From Dehalococcoidia bacterium (GTDB lineage Bacteria > Chloroflexota > Dehalococcoidia > WHTO01), in NCBI GenBank assembly GCA_040902555.1, contig JBBDXC010000013.1:211832-275831 (forward strand): a stretch of 64,000 nucleotides of DNA. Direction: 5' to 3'. Shown one piece after another: positions 47,283-56,668 of the stretch (the stretch's first letter is position 1; the number at the start of each line of letters is the position of its first letter). Below the pieces are notes generated by a model, which worked only from the letters and a program-made list of their open reading frames with translations, was not told where the DNA came from and ran no database searches. The position numbers and the translations under genes are program-made.

Positions 47283-47895
47283 GCTGCACGTCGACCAGCG
47301 CCGCATCGGCGGCGCCTTCTCGGTGGACGAGAACGCACGGCGCATCGTCCACTTCCGCTACGCCGAGATAAAATGCATGGAGGCGCTTTCCGGCTGGCCG
47401 GCCACGATGCCCACGATCAAGGTCAAGCTGGCCATGGGCGAGCAGGCTTACCAGGACGCCCTGCACGCCGACGCCCTGGGCCGCCGTCTGCCGGAGCTGC
47501 GCGATTACGAGAAGGCCCAGATCGAGCGTCCGCCGATGCTCCGCGGCTCAGAGAAGGCCCTGCCGGCCAACGCCGAGTTCGAGCACTTCATCGAAGAACT
47601 GCACGACGAAGAGGACGAGCTGCTGCGTATCGTCGGCCTCTACCGCGTGCTGAAGACCCACCTGGCCGTCTACTACCGCCACCACATGGCCGTGACCGAC
47701 CAGATCTCCGACGCGCCGACCGTGCGGACGCTGAAGTTCATCCTGGTCGACGAGGAAGAGCACCTGAAGTTCGGCCAAGCCATCTACGAAGAGCTGGCCG
47801 ACACCGTCGAGAAGCGCCGGCGCGCCCTCGACTGGCAGCGCCATCTGGAAGAGCTGCTGGTCCAGGCCGGCGGCATCCACGGCCTCCACGCTTAG
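47275..47895 (+). CDS. ferritin-like/helical protein, function unknown; 8-nt overlap with the ferredoxin gene
   Basis: Helical, Glu/His-rich (VDEEEHLKFGQ, YYRHHMA). Translationally coupled to the ferredoxin. Confidence 0.45.
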   Translation: MPELHVDQRRIGGAFSVDENARRIVHFRYAEIKCMEALSGWPATMPTIKVKLAMGEQAYQDALHADALGRRLPELRDYEKAQIERPPMLRGSEKALPANAEFEHFIEELHDEEDELLRIVGLYRVLKTHLAVYYRHHMAVTDQISDAPTVRTLKFILVDEEEHLKFGQAIYEELADTVEKRRRALDWQRHLEELLVQAGGIHGLHA

Positions 47896-48576
47896 TTGGT
47901 CCGCGCGGTCCTCTTCGACGTCGACGACACCCTCAGCGATTGGCCGGCGGCTGTCGAAAAGACCCTCGACGAAGTCCTGCCCCTGGTCCACGGAGTCGAG
48001 CCCATGACCATCCGCGCCCGCTTCTACGAGGTCCTCGACGAGCTCTACCTCGTCTGGCGCGATGGCCAGGTCATCGACCGCATCCACTGGATGCTCCTTG
48101 TCGACCCCGAGCGCTCCTGGAAGCTGACCCTGCCCGATGGGCCGGCAGAGCTCTGGATCCAGCTCGCCGAGGCCTTCCGCAAGGCGTTCCGGCCGGTAGC
48201 CTTCGCCGACGCCATTCCCACCCTTGAGGCGCTGAGGCCCAAGTATCAGCTCGCCGTCCTCAGCAACAACCACCTCGCCGAGAAGGTCGTGAGGCGGCTG
48301 GGCTTGGATGGCTACTTCAGCCGCGTGCTCTCGGCCGAGGACGGCTGCTACAAGCCGCATCCGCGGGCCTTCAGCCGCGCCTGCGACGTCCTCGGCCTCC
48401 CGCCCAACGAGATAGCCTACGTCGGCGACAGCATCGAGAACGACATCGAGGGCGCCCTCCCCGCCGGGTTGCTTCCCATCTGGTTAGACCGCTTCGGCTA
48501 CAACTACGAGATGCCGGCCGGCGTACACCGCATCACAACCCTGACGGAGCTCCCAACCCTGCTTCACTCGATTTAA
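47896..48576 (+). CDS. HAD-superfamily hydrolase (subfamily IA)
   Basis: Motif I VLFDVDDTL, motif II LSNN, motif III/IV region (YVGDSIENDIEGA). TTG start abutting the previous stop. Confidence 0.8.
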   Translation: MVRAVLFDVDDTLSDWPAAVEKTLDEVLPLVHGVEPMTIRARFYEVLDELYLVWRDGQVIDRIHWMLLVDPERSWKLTLPDGPAELWIQLAEAFRKAFRPVAFADAIPTLEALRPKYQLAVLSNNHLAEKVVRRLGLDGYFSRVLSAEDGCYKPHPRAFSRACDVLGLPPNEIAYVGDSIENDIEGALPAGLLPIWLDRFGYNYEMPAGVHRITTLTELPTLLHSI

Positions 48577-49271
48577 ACGGAGCCTTTCAGGTCTAGCCCA
48601 CACCCCCCAAAAACATGTAGTGGCGGGTGTCAGCCTCCCATCCAACCACGTCCTCTGAGTAGCTGCTGACACCCGCCCTTCCGAGCCTCCGTATGGGGTT
48701 ATGTACCGGCTCAAGGTTCAAAGCCGAGCCGCAATCCCCACGGCCATGGTTTCCGCGACAACTCCTGTCGGCATCCTGCCTACAAAGGAATAGAAACCCG
48801 GCGCGCGCACGGTCATGAGCCCTGCCGCCTCCTTTACAACTGCATACTCCTCGGTCCGAAACCCGATTCCCCACACCCTGGCCACGTTTTTATGTAGGGC
48901 GCAGGTGTCGTATTAGACAGACCCTCCGCCCACGAAGTCCTGAGACACCTGCCCGCTCCGCCGGCCGGCGCGAGAGCCTCCATGACGCGACAAAACCTCT
49001 GCCCACAGTCGTCCGGACGAGGCTCAAAACGAACCAAGTCGGCAAAAAACAAAAGCCAACCTTCCTTAAGGCGATTTAGCCACGCTTAAGCGCGATTAAC
49101 GGCAGATAAGACCGATTAGCGCCGATTAAGGCGATCCGGATCCGCCAACTAAGGCCAACTAAGGCGATTTAGTGGCGAATAGCGCTCTTTCGTAGAGCAG
49201 CTTCGCCAGGTCTTTTCGGTTGAACGAGAACTAACCACGACTAAGATGTAGCCACGATGGTTTCAGTGGGA

Positions 49272-49541
49272 ATGCGCGAACTCCGGTCTTCTCTAAGCCG
49301 CTACATTGCTCGGGTTCGCGAGGGCGAGACTCTGGTCGTTACGTTTCGAGGCGAGGAGGTTGCGCGAATTGTCCCCGCCAAGCCCCTTTCGAAGGAATGG
49401 CCAGCTTGGTATAGAGAAATGGTGGCCGAGGGGAAGATAATTCCTGCCCAAAACCCACGGGGCACCTTTTGGCCAACCCCGATTAAGATGTTGCCCGGAG
49501 ACAAAACCGCCGTCGACTACGTCCTCGAACAACGGCGCTGA
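49272..49541 (+). CDS. Phd/YefM-family antitoxin, orphan (no adjacent toxin gene)
   Basis: MRELRSSLSRYIARVREGETLVVTFRGEEVARIVP is the Phd/YefM N-terminal fold. The next gene 85 bp downstream is a CoA transferase. Confidence 0.65.
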   Translation: MRELRSSLSRYIARVREGETLVVTFRGEEVARIVPAKPLSKEWPAWYREMVAEGKIIPAQNPRGTFWPTPIKMLPGDKTAVDYVLEQRR

Positions 49542-49626
49542 TCCTTGGCGCCCTCCTCCGGCCTTCGGAGGACCTGTTCGGGCCCGAAGGTTGCGCGTTC
49601 GGCCCCTGACGCGGAGCCTTTGAAGC

Positions 49627-50817
49627 ATGCAGCCACTTGAGGGATACAAGGTTCTCGACCTCTCACGCCTCGCCCCGGGGCCTTTCTGCTCGATGGCCCT
49701 CGGCGACCTCGGCGCCGAGGTCCTCCTCGTAGAGGCGCCGCCAGGCGCGATCGGCGGGGGCGCCAATATGCCCGGCGCCGATGCCGAGGCACGGGCGAAA
49801 CGCGCCGCCGCCTACGACCCCCTGCGCCGCAACAAGCGCTCGATCCAGCTCAACCTGCGCGAACAGGCCGCCCGCGATGTCTTCTACAAGCTCGCCAAGG
49901 AGGCGGACGTCGTCCTCGAGGGCGCGCGGCCCGGCGTCGTCAAGAGACTGGGCGTCGACTACGACACCCTGAAGGAGATCAACCCCCGCATTGTCTACTG
50001 CTCCCTCTCCGGCTACGGCCAGACCGGCCCCTACCGCGAGCTCGTCGGCCACGACATCAATTACATCTCCATCGGCGGAGCCCTGGGCATGATCGGTTGG
50101 CCGGGCCAAAAGCCTGCGATCCCGCTCAACGTCATCGCTGACTTCGCCGGCGGCGGCCTGATGGCCGCTTTCGCCATCCTCGCCGCGCTCCTGGCCCGCG
50201 AGAAAACCCGCCGCGGCCAGTTTGTCGACATCGCCATGTCGGACGGCGTCCTCTACTTGCTGGCGATGTTCACCGGCCAGTACTTCGGCAACGGCAGCGC
50301 TCCTATGCCCGGCGGCTTCCTCCTCAACGGCGCCGCTCCCCACTACAACATCTACGGGACATCGGACGGCAAGTGGGTCAGCCTCGGCAGTCTCGAGCCT
50401 CACTTCTGGGCCAACCTTTGCCGCGTCATGGGCCGCGAGGACTTCACTCCCCACGAGTACGACAGCGCGAAGTGGCCCGAGATCTTCGAGCACTTCACTC
50501 AGACCTTCAAGACCAAGACCCGCGACGCGTGGTTCGACGTGCTGAGCGCCGTCGACATCTGCGCCGCCCCGGTCTACGACTTCCCCGAAGCCCTGAGGGA
50601 CAAGCAGAACCTGGCCCGCGAGATGGTGATCGAGGTCAACCACCCCGAGCTGGGCGCGGTCAAACAGGTAGGCATCGCCCCCAAGTTCTCCGACACCCAG
50701 CCCTCGGTCAGGACGACCGGAGTAGCGCCAGGCACCCACACCGACGATGTCCTGTCTTCTCTGGGCTACAGCGCGGATGAGATCGCCGGCCTCAGGGCTT
50801 CGGGCGCCGCGAGCTAG
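49627..50817 (+). CDS. CoA transferase, family III (CaiB/BaiF)
   Basis: N-terminal LEGYKVLDLSRLAPGPFCSMALGDLGAEV and catalytic Asp region are characteristic. 396 aa. Confidence 0.88.
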   Translation: MQPLEGYKVLDLSRLAPGPFCSMALGDLGAEVLLVEAPPGAIGGGANMPGADAEARAKRAAAYDPLRRNKRSIQLNLREQAARDVFYKLAKEADVVLEGARPGVVKRLGVDYDTLKEINPRIVYCSLSGYGQTGPYRELVGHDINYISIGGALGMIGWPGQKPAIPLNVIADFAGGGLMAAFAILAALLAREKTRRGQFVDIAMSDGVLYLLAMFTGQYFGNGSAPMPGGFLLNGAAPHYNIYGTSDGKWVSLGSLEPHFWANLCRVMGREDFTPHEYDSAKWPEIFEHFTQTFKTKTRDAWFDVLSAVDICAAPVYDFPEALRDKQNLAREMVIEVNHPELGAVKQVGIAPKFSDTQPSVRTTGVAPGTHTDDVLSSLGYSADEIAGLRASGAAS

Positions 50818-50823
50818 CTGCCG

Positions 50824-51816
50824 ATGATCGACAAGTTCACCATCGCCGCCGTCCAGGCGTCGCCGGTAATCCTCGACCGCGAGGCCACCGTCGACAAGGC
50901 CTGCAAGCTGATCGCCGAGGCGGCAGCCGGCGGCGCACGCCTCATCGTCTTCCCCGAGGCCTTCATCCCGACCTACCCCGACTGGATCTGGGCCCTGCCG
51001 CCCGGCGACTTCAGCGGCCAATCCAGCCTCTTCGCCCGCTTGCTCGACCAGGCCGTAACGATCCCCAGCCCGGCCACGGACCGTCTTTGCCAGGCGGCGC
51101 GCGAGGCCAACGCATACGTCGTCATGGGCATGGACGAGCGTAACAACGAGGCCAGCGGCGCGAGCCTCTACTGCACTCTCCTCTACATCGACAACAAGGG
51201 CGAGATCATGGGCAAACACCGCAAGCTCGTCCCCACCGGGGCCGAGCGCCTCGTCTGGGCACAGGGCGACGGCAGCACCCTAGAGGCCTTCGACACGGAG
51301 CTTGGCAAGCTCGGCGGGCTGATTTGCTGGGAGAACTACATGCCCCTCGCCCGCTACGCCATGTACGCCTGGGGCACCCAGATCTACGTCGCCCCCACCT
51401 GGGACCGCGGAGAGCCCTGGCTCTCCACCCTGCGCCACATCGCCAAAGAGGGCGGCGTCTACGTCGTGGGCGTCTGCACTGCGCTTCGCCGCGACGCAAT
51501 GCCCGCCGACATCGCCGCCCGGGTCCGTTACTCCGAGAATGGCGACGAGTGGATTAACGTCGGCGACAGCGCCATCGTCTCGCCCACCGGCAAGTTCCTC
51601 GCCGGCCCCGTCTCGCGCAAGGAAGAGATCCTCTACGCCGAAGTCGACCCCGACGAGTTCGGCCACCGCTGGGAGCTCGACGTCGCCGGCCACTATGGCC
51701 GCCCGGACGTCTTCCAGCTATCCGTCCGCCGCGACGCCCGCCCCATGGTCTCCGACGCCACCCCCACCCAACCGCCCCCCGAGGTCGCAGCAATAGGCCA
51801 AGAGTCGGCCTTGTAG
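50824..51816 (+). CDS. nitrilase / cyanide hydratase family carbon-nitrogen hydrolase
   Basis: Catalytic triad context: E in VFPEAF, K in GKHRKL, C in LICWENYMP. 330 aa. Confidence 0.85.
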   Translation: MIDKFTIAAVQASPVILDREATVDKACKLIAEAAAGGARLIVFPEAFIPTYPDWIWALPPGDFSGQSSLFARLLDQAVTIPSPATDRLCQAAREANAYVVMGMDERNNEASGASLYCTLLYIDNKGEIMGKHRKLVPTGAERLVWAQGDGSTLEAFDTELGKLGGLICWENYMPLARYAMYAWGTQIYVAPTWDRGEPWLSTLRHIAKEGGVYVVGVCTALRRDAMPADIAARVRYSENGDEWINVGDSAIVSPTGKFLAGPVSRKEEILYAEVDPDEFGHRWELDVAGHYGRPDVFQLSVRRDARPMVSDATPTQPPPEVAAIGQESAL

Positions 51817-51971
51817 GGGCAGATGGCCGGCCGATTGCGCCGACCAGCCTCCGAATCCAAGAGCCTTCTGCCCCTCCCATCGGTCGAGACAAGCGATAGG
51901 GGAAAAGCAAACGTCCGAGGTCCGACGGCGGTGGCTTCGAAAGGCGACCCACCAAACGGGCTGCCAGAATA

Positions 51972-52940
51972 GTGATGGAAATAACAAGCCCCCAAGCCCC
52001 CCTGTCTATGACGAAATTCCAGCTCTACGCCCTCGCCACGACCCTTGTCACCTTCGGCCTCGTCATCCTCGGCGGCGTCGTCCGCGTCACCGACTCCGGC
52101 CTGGGCTGCCCCGACTGGCCGCGCTGCCACGGCTCCTTCATCCCACCGGCCGAAACGGAAATCTGGATCGAGTGGTCCCACCGCCTTACGGCGTCCATCA
52201 CCGGATTCCTGATCTTCGGTCTGGCTATAGCCGCCTGGCGCAGCCAGCGCGAGAACCGGGTAATTATCGCCGCGGCCGCCGCGTCGTTGGTGGTCCTGGC
52301 GGTGCAGGTGATCCTCGGCGCCATCACCGTGAAGCGCGAGCTTCCACCCGAAATCGTCGCCACCCACCTCGTCACCGGCCTGACCCTGCTCACGACCCTG
52401 ATCGTCATCACGATTGCTTCGTTCGTCAGCCCCCGCCAGCCACTGCGCGTCGAGCGCAACCCCCTCTTCCCGCTCCTCGCCGTCGCCCTCTTGGTCACGA
52501 TCACGACCATGTGGCTGGGCGCCTATATGACCGAGAGCGGCGCCAACTTCGCCTGCGACGGCTGGCCGCGCTGCAACGGCACCTTCCTGCCCGAGTTCAC
52601 ACGGCTGGTGCGCATCCACTGGCTCCACCGCTTCCTCGCCCTCGTTATGGGTGGAGCCCTTGTGCTCGTGGCCCTTCAAACGCGCAGCCTCTTCGGCCCG
52701 CGCTCGACGCTCTACTCAGCCGCGGCGGCTGCCGTGGGGCTCTACGGTGCACAGGTACTCATGGGCGCCGGTAACATCTGGACAGACATGTCGGAGGAAA
52801 CCTCGATCAGCCATCTCGCTCTCGGCTCCCTGATCTGGAGCTCGCTCGTCGGCCTGATGGTGGCTTCCTTCTACTTCCCGGGGAGGCAGGCGGCCGCCAC
52901 GCGCGGCCGAGCCCTGCCACAGCAGGAGCGCGCGTCTTGA
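51972..52940 (+). CDS. ctaA: heme A synthase (COX15/CtaA)
   Basis: Two CxxxxxC-type Cys pairs in extracytoplasmic loops (GCPDWPRCHG, ACDGWPRCNG) and 8 TM helices. Alternative start at 52008 (MTKFQ). Confidence 0.85.
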   Translation: MMEITSPQAPLSMTKFQLYALATTLVTFGLVILGGVVRVTDSGLGCPDWPRCHGSFIPPAETEIWIEWSHRLTASITGFLIFGLAIAAWRSQRENRVIIAAAAASLVVLAVQVILGAITVKRELPPEIVATHLVTGLTLLTTLIVITIASFVSPRQPLRVERNPLFPLLAVALLVTITTMWLGAYMTESGANFACDGWPRCNGTFLPEFTRLVRIHWLHRFLALVMGGALVLVALQTRSLFGPRSTLYSAAAAAVGLYGAQVLMGAGNIWTDMSEETSISHLALGSLIWSSLVGLMVASFYFPGRQAAATRGRALPQQERAS

Positions 52941-53836
52941 CCGCGCTGACCCTGCGCCAGAGCAGCGCCTGGCAGACAGCGGGCGCCTACGTCGCCCTGA
53001 CCAAGCCCAGGATCATCGTCGAGCTGCTGATCACCACGATCCCGGCGATGATCCTGGCGGCCAACGGCTGGCCCAACACCTACCTGGTGGTGGCGACGCT
53101 AATCGGCGGCACCCTGGCCGCCGGCAGCGCCAACGCCATCAACATGTTCATCGACCGCGACATCGACGGCATCATGCGGCGGACGCGGTCGCGCCCAATC
53201 CCTAGCGGGTTGGTAACCCCCGCCCAGGCCATGGCCTTCGCCACAGTGCTGGCAGTGGTCTCCTTCCTCCTCTTGGCGTTCGTGGCCAACCTCCTGAGCG
53301 CAGTCCTGGCGATGGTCGCCCTGCTCTTCTACGTTTTCGTCTACACGCTCTGGCTCAAGCGCTCGACCCCCCAGAACATCGTCATCGGCGGCGCGGCCGG
53401 CGCCATGCCTCCATTGGTCGGCTGGGCCGCCGTAACCGGCACCCTCGACCCGGCGGCCATTGTCCTCTTCGCGATCATCTTCGTCTGGACCCCACCCCAC
53501 TTCTGGGCGCTCGCCCTGAACCTCGAGGCCGACTACCAGCGCGCCGGCGTCCCCATGATGCCGGTGGTCGCCGGCGAGGCCAGCACCAGGGTGCAAATCC
53601 TCCTTTATTCCCTGCTCCTCTTCGGCGTGGCGCTGCTGCTGGTCCCGTTCGGGGCTGCCTCCTACTTCTACCTGGGCTCCGCGCTGTTGCTCGGGCTTGG
53701 CTTCGTCTGGTTTGCCTTCCGTCTCTGGCGCCGGGGCACCGCACGCGCCGCTCAGCGTCTGTTCCGCTATTCGCTGGTCTACCTCGCCCTCCTGTTCGTG
53801 GCGGTAGCCGTTGACACTGCGATTGGGCGCCTTTAG
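52937..53836 (+). CDS. ctaB: protoheme IX farnesyltransferase (heme O synthase)
   Basis: UbiA-family motifs (NxxxDxxxD: NMFIDRDIDGIMRRTRSRP) and 9 TM helices. 4-nt overlap with ctaA. Confidence 0.9.
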   Translation: MTALTLRQSSAWQTAGAYVALTKPRIIVELLITTIPAMILAANGWPNTYLVVATLIGGTLAAGSANAINMFIDRDIDGIMRRTRSRPIPSGLVTPAQAMAFATVLAVVSFLLLAFVANLLSAVLAMVALLFYVFVYTLWLKRSTPQNIVIGGAAGAMPPLVGWAAVTGTLDPAAIVLFAIIFVWTPPHFWALALNLEADYQRAGVPMMPVVAGEASTRVQILLYSLLLFGVALLLVPFGAASYFYLGSALLLGLGFVWFAFRLWRRGTARAAQRLFRYSLVYLALLFVAVAVDTAIGRL

Positions 53837-53872
53837 AAGTCGGATTAGGATACCTATGGAGGAGGACGCGGC

Positions 53873-54451
53873 ATGAGTGACCCAGCCCAGCTCAGCCAGG
53901 TGGCGGAGATGGCCCCCCACGACGAGGCCGACCACGCCGAGCACATCCACCTTCCCGGGCCGAGCTTCTGGCCCATCAGCCTCGCCGTCGGCATCATCCT
54001 CATCGCCATGGGCTTCGTGACCCACCTCGCCGTAGCCAGCGCCGGCGGCCTGATAATGGTCGGGGCGATGGCCGGCTGGATCGCCGAGACGCGCAAGCAG
54101 GCCCGCGAGCTAGAGGGCCGCGAGGGACCTCCGCCCTACGTCCACACCGTGCTCTTCCAGTACATGGCCCCTGACGAGGGCCAGATCAACCGCAGCAACG
54201 GCCTGCGCTCCCAGATCGACCAGCACCTGCTGGCGATCAAGCAGATGCCGGGCTTCGTCGACAGCCGCATCCTGCGCACACACAACTACGAAGGCCCCGT
54301 CCAGACCATCATCCAGACGACCTGGCGCGACGCCGAGAGGCTGGCCGAGTACGAGGAAAGCGGCGCCACCATCGAGTCGGTGATCAAGGCCCATAAGGGT
54401 GTGGTTGTCCCCGGCAGCGTCCAGGTCTACGACCTGCAGGACGTCAGCTAG
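53873..54451 (+). CDS. fusion of cytochrome c oxidase subunit-IV-like membrane segment and ABM (antibiotic-biosynthesis-monooxygenase-like) domain
   Basis: N-terminal HIHLPGPSFWPISLAVGIILIAMGF resembles prokaryotic aa3-oxidase subunit IV; second TM follows. C-terminal 100 aa has a ferredoxin-like ABM/Dabb pattern. Position directly after ctaAB. Confidence 0.45.
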   Translation: MSDPAQLSQVAEMAPHDEADHAEHIHLPGPSFWPISLAVGIILIAMGFVTHLAVASAGGLIMVGAMAGWIAETRKQARELEGREGPPPYVHTVLFQYMAPDEGQINRSNGLRSQIDQHLLAIKQMPGFVDSRILRTHNYEGPVQTIIQTTWRDAERLAEYEESGATIESVIKAHKGVVVPGSVQVYDLQDVS

Positions 54452-55718
54452 CGGCGTCGCCGCCGGCCGCCAGCGCCTCCTCGCGGCGCGCCGCTGGAAT
54501 CGCTCCTTTCACGCCTTGCAGTGCCAGCAGAACCAGCAGCGAACCGACGCCAATCGCCACCCCGCCGACGAAGAATCCGGCCTGGAGCGACCTCGCGTCA
54601 GCAACGGTGCCGATCAGGGGGGAGAAGCCGGCCATGGTCAGGGCCAGGACGAGCTGGCCGGCCGACAGTATCGTGGCCCGCTGCTCGCTGGGAATGCGCC
54701 GGTTAATCATGTCAATGACCAACGGCACCGACGCCGCGGAGGCCAGGCTGATGACCGGAAACATGATGAACGCCGCCAACGAATCCCATACTCCGAGGAC
54801 GATGTAAGAGCCGGCACAGGCCGCGGCGATGGCGTAGAGACTGCGCTGGTCGCCGGCGCGGCGCGCGAACCAGAACGCGGCGAGGGCGCCGAACGCCCCG
54901 AACAGGCGCGCCGGCGCCTGCAGGTAACCGACATTGCCCAGCTCAACGCCGTGGCCGTCGAGGAACGGCTGGAAGAAGACCGCAGTGCCGATCGCGCCAA
55001 CGCTGAGGAAGGCATACAGCACCATCAGCAGCGGGACGCGGCCGTCGCGGCGGGCCAGCCGGTAAGTATCGACTACAAAGGAGCTCAGGGCCGGCCGGCC
55101 GCCGGGCGCCCGCAGGCGCAGGGGCTCCTTCAGCGTCAGAGCGACGGCCAGCCCGCCCAGCGAGGCCAGCGCGCTAAGCTGGACCGCCGTGTCGAGCCCG
55201 ACGGCGTCGGCCAGCGGCGCGCCGATTAGCAGGCTGGCGACGATAGCCATGTTAAAGATGGCGGTCGATCGGCCCATCACCTCCTGAAAGCGCTCCTCCT
55301 GGCCGAGCGCTTTGAGGTTGTCGTACATGAAAGCGCTGTCGGAGGAGTTGAGGATCGCCAGCGACCAGGCCCAGAAGATGTACGTCCCAAGGATCGCGAG
55401 ATAGCTTGCGGCCAGGCCGAAGGCCACGATGGCGCCGCCATTGAGGACCGCCCCGATGATCATCGTCAGCTTGCGGCCGTAGCGGTCGGCGAAGATGCCG
55501 GCGGGCACCTGGATGACCACGATAGAGAGAAAGAACGGCACCTCGAGAAAGGCCACCTCGGTAATGGAAAGACCCCGGAAATCAGTCAGGTAGAGGACCC
55601 AGATCGGCCACCAGAAGCCGAAGGTCACGAAGAAGCGAAAGAGATAGATCTTCCAGATGTTGGCGCGGTAGGCGCGCATCACCTGCGCCTCGCTCAAGGT
55701 GTCGGTCGGGGGCACCAT
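54444..55718 (-). CDS. MFS transporter
   Basis: 12 TM helices and MFS loop motif (GIFADRYGRK). 424 aa. Confidence 0.85.
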   Translation of the reverse strand: MVPPTDTLSEAQVMRAYRANIWKIYLFRFFVTFGFWWPIWVLYLTDFRGLSITEVAFLEVPFFLSIVVIQVPAGIFADRYGRKLTMIIGAVLNGGAIVAFGLAASYLAILGTYIFWAWSLAILNSSDSAFMYDNLKALGQEERFQEVMGRSTAIFNMAIVASLLIGAPLADAVGLDTAVQLSALASLGGLAVALTLKEPLRLRAPGGRPALSSFVVDTYRLARRDGRVPLLMVLYAFLSVGAIGTAVFFQPFLDGHGVELGNVGYLQAPARLFGAFGALAAFWFARRAGDQRSLYAIAAACAGSYIVLGVWDSLAAFIMFPVISLASAASVPLVIDMINRRIPSEQRATILSAGQLVLALTMAGFSPLIGTVADARSLQAGFFVGGVAIGVGSLLVLLALQGVKGAIPAARREEALAAGGDAAS

Positions 55719-55808
55719 GCCAGCTTAATTAACCAGGCCGCCGCCTAGCCCGTGAAAAACGGAGGCCCGGCGAATCGCCGGGCCTCTGTTGACTATGCGC
55801 CGAGAAAC

Positions 55809-56630
55809 TCAGTCGAAGACGTCACATTCGGACTCGTCGATCAGCCCCTGCGCCGCCGAGTCTTCGCACTGCTGCCGCAGGGTATCGGGGTCGCAGGAGT
55901 CGGCCGCCTGCTCCTCCGTGAAGCCGCTGTCGATGAACCCCTGCTCGCAGGCGTCACGGTCGAACCCGCCGCTTAGGCCACCACCGCCACCGCCCCCGTC
56001 CGAACCGCCAATGGCGTCACCCACCTCGCTCGCCTGGGCGTCGAGGAACCAGACGCCATTGACGTAGGGGTAGTCGCCGAGGTTGTCGCCGGTGGACACC
56101 TCGGAGACGGCGCCCATGATCACGGCGAAGGCCGCGAAGCCGGCGAGGTTCGCCATCGTGATCTGAGAGCTCGTGGTGTCTGTCGCCGCCGCTATCGCGT
56201 ACTGGCTGAGGACAAACGCCCCAACCATTCCCAGGATGGCGAAAGGCCAATCGAGGAAGGTGATGAAGATGAAGAAGCTGACTATCGCGGGCACATAGGC
56301 AAAGCCCAGCGTGGCGATCAGCTGCTGGATGTTCGACCGCCCCTTGTAGACGGAGTTAACCAGCAGATGAGCCACCCCCGGCCAGGCCATCCAGACTATC
56401 GTCTGGACGATGCTGCCGATAATCACGCTCCTCAACAGCAGGTCACCAGTCTCCGGATAGTCCTCGAACTCCGCGTACAGGTAAGTCCCGATGCCGATGA
56501 CGAGGTTGGTGACAAACACCACGACCAGCCCGGCGATGAGGCCGGACGGGTCGATCTTTATCTCGTCAAAGGCCGTCGTGTCGAGCCGGATGACCCGGCC
56601 CAGCCAGTTCAAAACTCGGGATGGGTCCAT
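55809..56630 (-). CDS. Yip1-domain membrane protein with Gly-rich and Cys/Asp/Glu-rich C-terminal tail
   Basis: Five TM helices homologous to the upstream paralog, plus a 70-aa tail (GGSDGGGGGGG...DACEQGFIDSGFTEEQAADSCDPDTLRQQCEDSAAQGLIDESECDVFD). Confidence 0.65.
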   Translation of the reverse strand: MDPSRVLNWLGRVIRLDTTAFDEIKIDPSGLIAGLVVVFVTNLVIGIGTYLYAEFEDYPETGDLLLRSVIIGSIVQTIVWMAWPGVAHLLVNSVYKGRSNIQQLIATLGFAYVPAIVSFFIFITFLDWPFAILGMVGAFVLSQYAIAAATDTTSSQITMANLAGFAAFAVIMGAVSEVSTGDNLGDYPYVNGVWFLDAQASEVGDAIGGSDGGGGGGGLSGGFDRDACEQGFIDSGFTEEQAADSCDPDTLRQQCEDSAAQGLIDESECDVFD

Positions 56631-56668
56631 TCAGCAACCTCCCTTGAGTGCAGGTCGAAGCTCAAGAA

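Noticed and set aside
48700-48735. tRNA-like GGTTCAAAGCC T-loop motif
   Set aside because: Flanking sequence cannot form a 5-bp T-stem or an acceptor stem. No cloverleaf could be built by eye.
49663-51219. 518-aa minus-strand ORF
   Set aside because: Antisense to the CoA transferase and nitrilase genes, both of which have strong motifs.
51693-54025. 328-aa and 308-aa minus-strand ORFs
   Set aside because: Antisense to ctaA and ctaB. Gly/Asp/Glu/Arg-rich, no motifs.
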